Positions 51,807 to 61,700 of a DNA stretch of 64,000 nucleotides are shown in pieces; position 1 is the stretch's first letter, and every line of letters begins with the position of its first letter. The notes beneath the pieces were generated by a model that made no database searches, had not been told where the DNA came from, and saw only the letters and a program-made list of their open reading frames with translations. A program made the position numbers and the translations under genes. The stretch covers positions 1 to 64,000 of the forward strand of contig JBFWWG010000011.1 in assembly GCA_050246315.1 (NCBI GenBank), written 5' to 3'. This DNA comes from Nitrospiraceae bacterium (lineage in GTDB: Bacteria; Nitrospirota; Nitrospiria; Nitrospirales; Nitrospiraceae).

Positions 51807-53282
51807 ATGCGGACAGAGACACGACCGGATGGGACTCATCGAAGTAGTGAGCAAGGGATGGCCATGGTGACGTCCCTCTTTCTCGTGTTGGCGTTGGCCC
51901 TGCTGGGGTTGACGTCCGTGCACCTGGTCGGTCAGGAGTTGCAGGCCTCCTCAGCTGTGCGGGATCAGGCGGCATTGCTCCATCTTGCCGAAGCGGGGGC
52001 GGACTTGATCGTGGCGCGGATTCATGCGTCGGGAGGAACTGGGCCAGATCCTGTGTCAGGGGCTCTCGCCAGACGGAATACGACGCCAGCGCGCGGTCCC
52101 TCGTATTTTGATGCTCTAGGACGGTCCCAATTCATAGGGACGGCCGACCACCCTGATCTGCTTCTCGACGCCGCTGATCCACAGCACGATGCGTGGTTGA
52201 ACGATGCTGCTTTTGGAAGAGATCCTTCACTGCGGTCGCTTGGCCGAATCCTTCGTCTTAAACTGTATGGTCCGCTCCGGCCAGGTTTGGTCTGTACCGT
52301 CGAGGTGACTGCGGCGAAGTCTCGCGAGCGTCCCGTGCCGAGTAGTACCGTGCAGATTCAGCTCGGCGCGGTAGAAATTCCACCCCTCCGAGCGGGCGCT
52401 CAGGTGGCAGAGATTGCCTCGAGTTCCAATCCACAATTGCCGCTGCTGGTCCACTGGGGTGATCTCAATGTTCGAGGGGCCGCGTGGATCGGATCAATCG
52501 ATGAGATTCCTCAGAAGACGATTCTCGCTCCGCTCTCGGGACAATCCTATGCTGAGATGAGAACACCTGAGGATCGCTGGCATGAGATGAAAATCGGGGG
52601 CACCCTGCTGTCCGCTCGTCCCTCGGTTCGCGGTGCCACGCTGCCGGCGAATGTCTATCAACGACAGGAGCCGATCCCTGGGATCGCAATCGATCAGTGG
52701 GGCTATGAGGAGCTTAAGCAGGTCGCGAAGACTTTCGGCGTCTATTATGGGGTGGATCGTGAAGGACTCCTCTATCCAGGAGGGGCGATCGAATCGGGGC
52801 AGGGCTTAACGATCGATCAGGTCATGGGCTCAGACTTTGTCGGAGATCATAAGGGACTGGTGTTTGTAGACACCTTGGATCAACAAGCTCCTCGGACCGA
52901 CAACCTCCCGACTTTCATTGCGACCACGCCCTACGCGGAAGGCATATTCATTATTCATGGACATCTTCAGGTGAAACCGACGGGATCGGGGAAGTCAATA
53001 CCAGCGTTGTCTCCCCCTGCAGCGGGACAAGCGGCCCTCGTGACTCGCGCTCCTGCGCAGCTTGGAGGAATCAACCTAAATGGCGTGCTCTACACGACGG
53101 GAAATCTGCTTGTCCAAGCGAGTGCGAAGATATACGGAGCTGTGGTTGTTCAAGGGACGGTGAAAGCCGATGAATCCCCAGGCAACACGTTGGAGGTATG
53201 GTACAACCACGAATTGCGACAGGGATTTTATCGGGGGATACCTGTCCTTCATGCGGCGCCCGGCACATGGAAGACCCTCTGA
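51807..53282 (+). CDS. Large PilX-like pilin with a putative beta-solenoid C-terminus
   Basis: G|MAMVT (no E5), ALLHLAEAG PilX signature; C-terminal G-x-x-x-x-G strand repeats. Confidence 0.7.
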   Translation: MRTETRPDGTHRSSEQGMAMVTSLFLVLALALLGLTSVHLVGQELQASSAVRDQAALLHLAEAGADLIVARIHASGGTGPDPVSGALARRNTTPARGPSYFDALGRSQFIGTADHPDLLLDAADPQHDAWLNDAAFGRDPSLRSLGRILRLKLYGPLRPGLVCTVEVTAAKSRERPVPSSTVQIQLGAVEIPPLRAGAQVAEIASSSNPQLPLLVHWGDLNVRGAAWIGSIDEIPQKTILAPLSGQSYAEMRTPEDRWHEMKIGGTLLSARPSVRGATLPANVYQRQEPIPGIAIDQWGYEELKQVAKTFGVYYGVDREGLLYPGGAIESGQGLTIDQVMGSDFVGDHKGLVFVDTLDQQAPRTDNLPTFIATTPYAEGIFIIHGHLQVKPTGSGKSIPALSPPAAGQAALVTRAPAQLGGINLNGVLYTTGNLLVQASAKIYGAVVVQGTVKADESPGNTLEVWYNHELRQGFYRGIPVLHAAPGTWKTL

Positions 53283-53335
53283 CGTGAGAAAGAGATGCGA
53301 TTGCAACTACCCTTGATGGCCATGATGGGAGCGGC

Positions 53336-55171
53336 ATGAACACACGACCTGAAAGACAGGTGGAGTTGGAGGGCGGTGGTGATGCGCTAAGCGCACCACC
53401 ACCGCAAGCAACCCTAGGCGGTGACGTCGATACGCTGGTTCAATCGGGAAACGGTCGACCTCCGAATCGGTGTGTTGCGGGGGACATGGTCTCGCGACAA
53501 ACGTTGTTGTCCGCCATAGCACAAGCTTCCACCAAAGGTGTGGGCATTGAGGAGGTACTTGGCGCAGATTTTCTCCTGGCTGAAGTCGGACCCGTACTCA
53601 GTGAATTCTATGGGTGCCCATTTGTCAGCTTCGACACGAGGCATGTTATCGCTCCGGAGCTCCTTAGAAATCTAAAATTGGACTATCTGCGTCGACACCA
53701 CTGGGTCCCCATACGCAAGGAAGGGAACGTTGTGCAGGTAGCGATGGATAACCCGGCTGACCTGAGGCGAATCCTGGACATCCGATACGCTTTCCCTGGG
53801 TGTACGGTCCAACCGGCCGTTGCGTTACGCCGCGATATTGAACGCGTCCTCGACCGTCTGACCGGGCAAGGGATGGAACAATCGATCCCCGATATTCTTA
53901 GTCAGCTCGTCAGGGAGATTGATCGGGAGAAGAAGGCCGACTCCGGTTGCGATGCGGTTGATGAAAATAGCTCGGCCATCGTCCGGCTAACCAACCAAAT
54001 TATTGCTGAAGCCCATCGGATGGGGGCATCCGACATTCATCTCGAACCGTACGGTGATCGAAAAGAAGCGGTGGTCCGCTTTCGAGTGGAGGGTACCTGC
54101 GCAACATTCATGAGGATTCCTGCGGCATATCGTCGGGCCGTTGTGTCGCGGATTAAGATCATGGCCAACCTTGATATCGCCGAGCGACGAAAACCCCAAG
54201 ATGGAAAGATTCGGATCAAAATCGGATCCGGAGATGAAATCGAATTACGGGTTGCCACTTTGCCGACGACCTCCGGTAACGAAGACGTTGTGATGCGAAT
54301 TCTGACTTCAAAAAGTCCCCTTCCGCTTTCTAGAATGGATCTCCCGGACCAGATGATCTCGTCCCTGAAGCAGGTCGTCGAGAAGCCTTATGGGATCGTG
54401 CTGTGTGTCGGACCAACCGGATCAGGGAAAACTACGACGCTCCACGCGCTACTGGCGCAGATCAACACGGATCAGCGCAAGATCTGGACGGTCGAGGATC
54501 CTGTCGAAATTACGCAGGAAGGGCTCAGGCAACTCCAGGTTCAACCCAAGATTGGGCTAACGTTTGCTACGGCACTGCGCGCATTCCTAAGGGCTGATCC
54601 AGATGTCATCATGGTGGGAGAGATGAGGGACAAGGAGACGGCGGATATCGCAATAGAAGCCTCGCTCACGGGCCATCTGGTGCTCAGTACATTGCACACG
54701 AACAGTGCGGTAGAAACCGTCTCTCGTATTCTCGACATGGGGTGCGATTCGTTCAATTTCGCCGATGCAGTTCTGGCTATTTTGGCCAAACGCCTCTGCA
54801 AACGATTGTGCCTATCTTGTAAGGAAATGTATGAGCCTACAGGTGAAGAACTGCGAACATTAGCCCACGCATACGGCATGGAAGCGTGGACTCGTCGGCT
54901 GGAACAGCAAGGGAGAGCCGTGTCGATGTTGTGGCAGCCTCGAGGGTGCGATGAGTGTAACGGGACCGGTTTCAAGGGACGAGTAGGTCTATACGAGCTT
55001 ATGCTGGGGTCGGATACAATGAAACGGCTCATCCAATCGCATGCACGAACGCATGAGTTGCGTCAATGCGCGGAAGCTGAGGGTATGGTCAGTCTTGTGC
55101 AGGACGGAATCGAGAAGATCCTACTCGGAGATACGACCCTGCAAGAGGTCAAGAAGGTAGCGATAAGGTAG
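53336..55171 (+). CDS. pilB: PilB/GspE-family assembly ATPase
   Basis: ASDIHLEP, GPTGSGKTT, VEDPVE, MVGEMRD, STLHTN, CxxC..CxxC. Confidence 0.9.
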   Translation: MNTRPERQVELEGGGDALSAPPPQATLGGDVDTLVQSGNGRPPNRCVAGDMVSRQTLLSAIAQASTKGVGIEEVLGADFLLAEVGPVLSEFYGCPFVSFDTRHVIAPELLRNLKLDYLRRHHWVPIRKEGNVVQVAMDNPADLRRILDIRYAFPGCTVQPAVALRRDIERVLDRLTGQGMEQSIPDILSQLVREIDREKKADSGCDAVDENSSAIVRLTNQIIAEAHRMGASDIHLEPYGDRKEAVVRFRVEGTCATFMRIPAAYRRAVVSRIKIMANLDIAERRKPQDGKIRIKIGSGDEIELRVATLPTTSGNEDVVMRILTSKSPLPLSRMDLPDQMISSLKQVVEKPYGIVLCVGPTGSGKTTTLHALLAQINTDQRKIWTVEDPVEITQEGLRQLQVQPKIGLTFATALRAFLRADPDVIMVGEMRDKETADIAIEASLTGHLVLSTLHTNSAVETVSRILDMGCDSFNFADAVLAILAKRLCKRLCLSCKEMYEPTGEELRTLAHAYGMEAWTRRLEQQGRAVSMLWQPRGCDECNGTGFKGRVGLYELMLGSDTMKRLIQSHARTHELRQCAEAEGMVSLVQDGIEKILLGDTTLQEVKKVAIR

Positions 55172-55563
55172 TGCGACGCGCGAATCGCATCGACGACTGA
55201 TCGGTTCAGGTGAACAAGGGTGGGCCATGGCCACGGGCCTACCTCAACCAGTTCTCATTCGTTTGTAGTCTTTCCTCCTACACGCAAGGTCCTTCCTCGT
55301 GCGGCATGTGAACTCATCTGGCTGTCGTATGGCGGCCGGAACCCCGATCTTTTGGACAGGTGCTATGCTTCCCTAGGAAGGAAGTCCTGCCTGAGTAGAG
55401 CGGATATAGGACTGCCCCTTCCTTCTTAGTACTGTGGGAGCATGGAGGGTTGTACAAATTCTGTCAGATTGCGTGCCGAGAAATGGCCGAGCGGGATCAT
55501 GACTGACAGTACAGAACCAAGCACAAACAATGAGTTGAGAAGCCCAGGTAAGGCCTTCCCGTA

Positions 55564-55580
55564 TGGGCATACGCCTTGCC
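55564..55580 (+). promoter_or_regulatory. sigma54-like -24/-12 promoter of pilin cassette 2
   Basis: GGCATACGCCTTGC: GG(55566-67)-N10-GC(55578-79), about 40 nt before the start codon. Confidence 0.6.
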
Positions 55581-55621
55581 AATCATGTGAGAGGCATGGT
55601 CGGACCATGAGGTGCCAGTCC

Positions 55622-56095
55622 ATGAACAAATCCACGGCGCGTACCAAGCAAGCAGGCTTTACACTAGTCGAACTAGTCACGGTCACTGCTATTGTCGGTA
55701 TCCTGACGGGGTTAGCCGTGCCAGCCTACAACCAGTGGATAGCGAGGTTTCAACTTAAGCAGGCCGTAGCGGATATTCAGAGTCAGCTGACCCATGCCCG
55801 ATGGATCGCGATGAATCGCAATGCCACTGTTCGTGTAGCCTTGGCCACGGTATCAGGCAAGGTCCAACTGAACGTGACGGATGTGACGGGGACTCAGCAA
55901 CTGGTCCCTCCATCCACGATGATGGGAACTATCAATGGTGTTGCAGGGGGACCCGTTCAGTTTTCCTCCATGGGAATGCTGGCGAATGGGACGAGTGCGC
56001 TTATCCAGGTATCCAATACAAAAAGCCAAACCTATTCGGTGTGGGTCAATGCTGGTGGCAAGGCTACATGGTGTCCCAAGAGTACGTGCCCGTGA
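55622..56095 (+). CDS. fimT: FimT/FimU-like minor pilin (cassette 2)
   Basis: G|FTLVEL; AR..AM.RN; C-terminal disulfide pair. Confidence 0.85.
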   Translation: MNKSTARTKQAGFTLVELVTVTAIVGILTGLAVPAYNQWIARFQLKQAVADIQSQLTHARWIAMNRNATVRVALATVSGKVQLNVTDVTGTQQLVPPSTMMGTINGVAGGPVQFSSMGMLANGTSALIQVSNTKSQTYSVWVNAGGKATWCPKSTCP

Positions 56096-56121
56096 GCATA
56101 AGGAATGGAGAGGGGCGGTCA

Positions 56122-56625
56122 ATGCGTCTCGATGAAGCCGGGTTTACGTTGATCGAGGGCATGCTTGCTGCTGTGGTTCTGGCGATTGGGCTCCTCGCGC
56201 TCTCGGGAATGCAAGCCATTTCTTTGGGAACCAATGTGGATGCAAACGAACTCACAAGGGCAACGACGCTGGCTTCGGACATGATCGAACGAATCCAGTT
56301 CAACAGGTTTAACGTGGCGGCATACCACGGAATTGACACAGCAGCCTCGACTCCCTGTGCGCAGAGCGCGACGGCCCAACCAATGGCGCGTGGCGATTGT
56401 CTGCAATGGCAGACGATGCTGAATAACTCAGGGCTGACGGGGATGACCGGGACTGTCGTGCTGGCCCCGATTCCTCCTGCCACAGACCCATTGAATCTCA
56501 ACCGGACGACGGTGCAGGTGAGCGTGCGATGGACCGGTGGCATGGCGACATCAACGGGGCAAGGATTGGGAAAACTCAGCCGGCCCAAAACAGTCACGAT
56601 GACGACCGTGGTAGCACGAGAATAA
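56122..56625 (+). CDS. pilV: PilV minor pilin
   Basis: G|FTLIE..LA.VVLAIGLL...GMQ; A..LASDMIERI. Confidence 0.85.
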   Translation: MRLDEAGFTLIEGMLAAVVLAIGLLALSGMQAISLGTNVDANELTRATTLASDMIERIQFNRFNVAAYHGIDTAASTPCAQSATAQPMARGDCLQWQTMLNNSGLTGMTGTVVLAPIPPATDPLNLNRTTVQVSVRWTGGMATSTGQGLGKLSRPKTVTMTTVVARE

Positions 56626-56645
56626 TACAGGTGAACGTGCGACGC

Positions 56646-57677
56646 ATGGAGTCTCTCAATTTCGGTCCCGGTAACCAGTGCGGCATGACGCTGGTCGAGC
56701 TTGTTGTTGCGATTCTCATCAGCATCGTCATTCTTGCTGCGGGGTTTACGGCGCTGGTTACAACGGAGAAGGCATCACGTGCGAATGGTCAGACGGTGGA
56801 TACGCAGCAAAACGCCAGGATTGCAATGGATCTGATCGCCCGAGATATCAGAGGAGCAGGGATGGGGATGATCGGGGGCATCGGAGCATGTCCCACAGCA
56901 GTGGTCCCTGCGGATCAGACTCCCGCCGGGGCAGACTCGGGGTCGGATACTATCTCCCTCGTCACTCCGACCGGCAGCGGTACTTGGACATTGTCCGGAG
57001 CCGTCGGAGCTAGCGGAGCCGGTTTCAGTCAGCTTGTGCTTTCAGGCGGAGCGGGCGGGGCTGTGGCCAATATGCAATCGATGGGGATGGGAACCGGTTC
57101 GGTATTGAACATTGGAGGGGCCGTGAGCGGAACTGTCTCAGCGTTGGATGTCAATGCTGGTACTATCAATTTGAGTAATTTAGTGCCACCGCCGGCAACT
57201 TTTCCCAGCGGGACGTCTGTCTATTTGCTGCAGTGCGTTACGTATTCGATCGGTACAACGGCTGCAGCCTGTGGTGGGGGAGCGAGCCCGTGCCTCCTGC
57301 GAGGCGGCATCCCGGTCGTCGATGGGATCGAGAACATCCAATTTGCCTATGGGTGCGACGGATGCGTGGGGGCAATTAACGGCGGAGTGCCCGATGGAGT
57401 GATTGACGATCAGAACGGCAACAACAGTTTTGACCAGGCGGATTTCCTGACCAACAGCCTATGGGCGACGGGAGCGGCCACCATCAAGCTCGTTCAAATC
57501 TCTATCGTGGCACGACAATTGGGGGGTGAGCAAGGGTTTGGCGAAGGGCCACAAGCCGGAGTCTCTTCCCCTCCAACTTTACAAGTGAGCGACCACGCGA
57601 TGAACCTTGCAGGCACGCAGCAGTTTCGAAGGCGTCTTTTGACGCGAACCATTGAGCTACGCAACGCTCGACTCTGA
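56646..57677 (+). CDS. pilW: PilW minor pilin
   Basis: G|MTLVEL; QQNARIAMDLIARDIR.AG; GIENIQFAYG. Confidence 0.85.
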   Translation: MESLNFGPGNQCGMTLVELVVAILISIVILAAGFTALVTTEKASRANGQTVDTQQNARIAMDLIARDIRGAGMGMIGGIGACPTAVVPADQTPAGADSGSDTISLVTPTGSGTWTLSGAVGASGAGFSQLVLSGGAGGAVANMQSMGMGTGSVLNIGGAVSGTVSALDVNAGTINLSNLVPPPATFPSGTSVYLLQCVTYSIGTTAAACGGGASPCLLRGGIPVVDGIENIQFAYGCDGCVGAINGGVPDGVIDDQNGNNSFDQADFLTNSLWATGAATIKLVQISIVARQLGGEQGFGEGPQAGVSSPPTLQVSDHAMNLAGTQQFRRRLLTRTIELRNARL

Positions 57678-57698
57678 GTAGTTGTTGTTGAGGAAACG

Positions 57699-58319
57699 AT
57701 GAATCGATCTCGCATCGGACTCCCGCCAGTCGTCACCGTTCTCGGTAGGCAGAACGGCGTGGCGTTCTTGACGGTCATGATGTTGCTGTTGATCCTGACC
57801 GTGCTTGGAATTGCAGCGATCACGGTGACGGGATTCGAAAATCGGGTTGCCGGACTGTCACGGAATGCCGAAGCGGCGAACACCGCGATCGAGTCCTGCA
57901 TCCAGACCGCCGTCAATGTCATCCAGCAGACGATTGATCAGGCAGATGTGCCGGGCACCTTGGTTCCCGATCCGGTGCCGACCACAGCAATGCGCGCCCA
58001 GCTAACGCAGGAAATACTCGGGCAGTCCGACAACAATCTCGATGCCCCGACCACCGGCTCCGCCAATCTTGTCCAGTCGGTTGGTGGCTATACAGTCAAT
58101 GGAGATATCGATCGGCTCTATATCCGCGCACCTGGTGGTGGCGCGTTACAGTTTGCAGCTGGCTATGAGGGTATGGGGGCTGGCGCGGCCGGTGGAGGTG
58201 TCGAAATCCTCTATAGCATCGCCTGTGCAACGACCCATGCGGTGACGGGAACCACAGTCAGGACCAGCGCGGTTTACGCCTGTACGGCAACGGGTGAGAG
58301 TTGCCAGAGAAAGATCTAG
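57699..58319 (+). CDS. pilX: PilX minor pilin
   Basis: G|VAFLTVMMLLLILTVLG lacking E5. Confidence 0.8.
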   Translation: MNRSRIGLPPVVTVLGRQNGVAFLTVMMLLLILTVLGIAAITVTGFENRVAGLSRNAEAANTAIESCIQTAVNVIQQTIDQADVPGTLVPDPVPTTAMRAQLTQEILGQSDNNLDAPTTGSANLVQSVGGYTVNGDIDRLYIRAPGGGALQFAAGYEGMGAGAAGGGVEILYSIACATTHAVTGTTVRTSAVYACTATGESCQRKI

Positions 58320-58330
58320 GAGGCTCTGTC

Positions 58331-58711
58331 ATGAGACACACATCTGAGCCTGAAGCTGTTCGCGAGTCATGCACAGATCACCTTCGACCGTGCTGGAATG
58401 TATGCCTGTTGACTCGCGTGCTCATGGTGGTCTTCCTGTGCAGTCTGCTTGGCGCCTCCCTGCACAAAGAGACTGCTTTTGGAAGTGAGGAGCGAGATCC
58501 CTACCAGGGTTTTATGGATGGAATCGTGACGGCGGTGCGGGACAAATCCCTCTACATCAATGAACGGCCGTTTGCGGTCAAGAGCGGAGTCGAAGTGAAG
58601 GATCAATACGGACAGCGGGTTGAGTACCAGCAGATCGAAGCTGGAGACCACATCAGATATCTGGTCCAAGATGGGATGGTCATCAAGATTATCGTCATCC
58701 ATCCCAGTTGA
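58331..58711 (+). CDS. Small exported PilY2-like OB-fold protein
   Basis: RBS AGGAGG; hydrophobic signal; GIVTAV...LYIN...IEAGDHI pattern; position next to pilY1. Confidence 0.55.
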   Translation: MRHTSEPEAVRESCTDHLRPCWNVCLLTRVLMVVFLCSLLGASLHKETAFGSEERDPYQGFMDGIVTAVRDKSLYINERPFAVKSGVEVKDQYGQRVEYQQIEAGDHIRYLVQDGMVIKIIVIHPS

Positions 58712-58751
58712 TGCGTTATCAGACGATAGGCTAATTCAGGAGGGGATCACG

Positions 58752-61700
58752 ATGAAACGCCGGAAGTTCGCGACACGTGTGAGTGCTGCCCTTCTGTCCG
58801 TCCTCGCCTTCTCGGCCTCGCCGCAGGCTAGCGCTCAATCCATGGGTGACTACACTTCGGTGCCAGCCTTCGTCTCAGACGCGCTCCCGCCGAACGTGCT
58901 GATGCTCATGGATAATTCGGGGAGTATGAACGAATCGGCCTATCACCAATTTGGTGAAGCCTATGATCCCGCGAAGTCCTATTATGGCTACTTCGATCCG
59001 TCGACGTGTTACAACTATGCCTCCTCGAGATTCAACGCGGGCGCCAATCGAGCCGCCGGTAATCCCCGATGTAGTAACCCAGATCCGTGGGACGGCAATT
59101 TCCTCAACTATATCGCGACAACTCGGTTCGAGATTATCAAGTGGGTCATGATAGGAGGAAAGTGTTCGCCTCGCCTAGCGGATGGAACCTGTTACCCCAG
59201 TGGTCAGCTCGTTGCTGAAACGCTTGAGTCCGTGACCAGTATAGATAATGTCGCCGCGGATGGCATTGCCCCATATACGGGGGCGAAGTGTTTCTCGCGG
59301 GATGCCGATCAACTCAAGGTCTATAACGTCGGCTGCGGGAGCGGTACGAATACGTTCAATCTCTATCGCCAAATCACCTCCGAACCCACCGGGGTGCTCC
59401 AGCAAGTGGGTGGTGACAAAGCACGATTTGGGCTAATGGTTTTCAATAAACAGACCGGAAGCGGATCGGTGCAAGGCGGTGATGTCATAAGGCCGATCGG
59501 CGGGACCATGTCGGAGATGGTGAAGGCGATCAACAGTCACAATGCAACCCAGTGGACGCCGCTGGGCGAATCGCTTTATGAGGCGACACGGTACTTTGCA
59601 CAGATTAAGCCGGCCTACGCCAACTCGAACTATTCCTACTCCAGTCAAAGCGATGACCCATACTATTACCGATCCCCCTGGGTCTCCACCGATCAGTATG
59701 TGAAGTGCTGCAAGAGTTTTGTGATCATCTTTACCGATGGACAACCAACCCAGGATTTGGCCGTGCCCTCGACCGTATATGACCATGCTCATTCCACCGG
59801 GGCACATGCTCTCATCAACGTGAATGGTTCAGGTCACTGTAATACATCAGCCGGATGTACCGTGCCACATTCCTCAGCTCCCCACATTAGCCACGGTGGA
59901 GGCCTAACGGACCACAGCGCTGGAGCGACTCAAGTCGATCACCACGACAACTGCTCTTCCTACTACGGGGGGCAGAATGCAGATGCGTGTGTCAGTAACG
60001 GCTCCCACTACCTCGACGATGTGGCCTATTGGGCTCACACGACGGATCTACGACCTTGTAACGGTGTGGCCAACGGGGCGATTGCAGGCATTAATGAAAC
60101 GGGAAAATGTTTAGAGGGAAATCAGAATCTGATTGTCTACACATTCTATGCTTTTGGAGCCGGAGCCAACATTCTCATGGATGCCGCGAAATTCGGCGGA
60201 TTTGAGGATCGAAACAACAACAATGTGTTTGATGCAGGAGTCGATGTCTTCGATCGCGTAAATAATTACACCGGCGCTGCTGGGGCAGACGGGTTGCCAG
60301 ACACGTACTTCGAGTCCTATAACGCCGACGACATGAGGGACAAGATGGTCGCCACGATCAACAGTATCTTGGCTCGGAGTGCGTCGGGGACATCGGCTTC
60401 TGTTCTGGCCAATTCCTCAACCGGTGAAGGATCACTCTATCAAGCCTACTTCTTCCCCAAGTCGATCGAGAATCCCAATGTCACTTGGGTGGGGTACACC
60501 CATGGTTTGTGGGTCGATAGTTTTGGGAATGTTCGTGAAGATACGGTCCATGATGGCAAGCTGATCTATAACCAGGATTACATCATCAAGCCCTACTATG
60601 ACGCGAATAATGGAAAGGTGAAGGCGGATCGTTATGTTGATAGCGACAACGACGGCAAGGCGAATTCGCTGGTGGATACGGTTGATCTTGAGTTGGTGAA
60701 TAGTATTTGGGAAGCTGGCCGGCGACTGGCGCTGAAAGCTCATACGAGTCGTCGCATCCTCACATGGATCGATAAGAACGGCGATGGCATTGTCGACAGT
60801 GGGCAAGATAACGGTATTCACACCGATATCACGGCTGGCGAAGTCATACCCTTTGGGACCAACGCGGCCAATAAAACTGAGCTGAAAAAATACATGAGAG
60901 GGGAGAATTCTCCATCGGTCTATACGTCCGACAATCTCATCGATTTCATCTTGGGGTGTGATCCTGTAACCTGTACGGCGCAAGCGGGCCTTCGGGAACG
61001 GCGTTTGTCTGTGAAGGACGATTCTAATGCGACCGTGACCAAGGTCTGGAAATATGGGGATCCGATTAACTCAACGCCGACGGTGGTAGCGGCACCAAGA
61101 GAGCGATACGACGTGATTTATGGCGATGGCACCTATGTCGAGTTTTTTAAGCAGTATCGAACCAGGCGCCAGATGATCTATGTCGGCGCCAACGATGGGA
61201 TGCTGCACGCCTTCGATGGTGGTTTCTACCATCGATCAGATGGGTCGCATCATGGCTGCTTTACGGCAAATCTTAGCGACATGTGCGTCACCCAAACGAC
61301 CACACCGACGCAACTCGGCGAGGAGAAGTGGGCCTTCATTCCCTATCAACTGTTGCCCCACCTCAAATGGTTGGCGCAGGGAGACTACTCGCATGTCTAC
61401 TATGTTGATCTGAAGCCGAAAATTACCGACGCCCGTATTTTTGCCGCTGATGCCGACCATCCTCAAGGCTGGGGAACTATCCTCATCGGTGGGTTGCGGA
61501 TGGGTGGTAGTTGTAACTGTGCGGCCGGGCAAAAGGGGCGGAAGATGAGTGTGACCGAAGATTTTACTGGTTCGGGTACTACGACCAGAGATTTTTACAG
61601 CGCCTATTTTGTGCTGGATATCACCAATCCGGAAAAGGACCCCAAACTGCTCTGGTCTTTTTCTACGTCGGATCTCGGTATGACCACAAGTTACCCGACC

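Noticed and set aside
55266..55563. Imperfect TA(A/G)G...CC motifs as LuxR boxes
   Set aside because: Too degenerate to distinguish from chance by eye.
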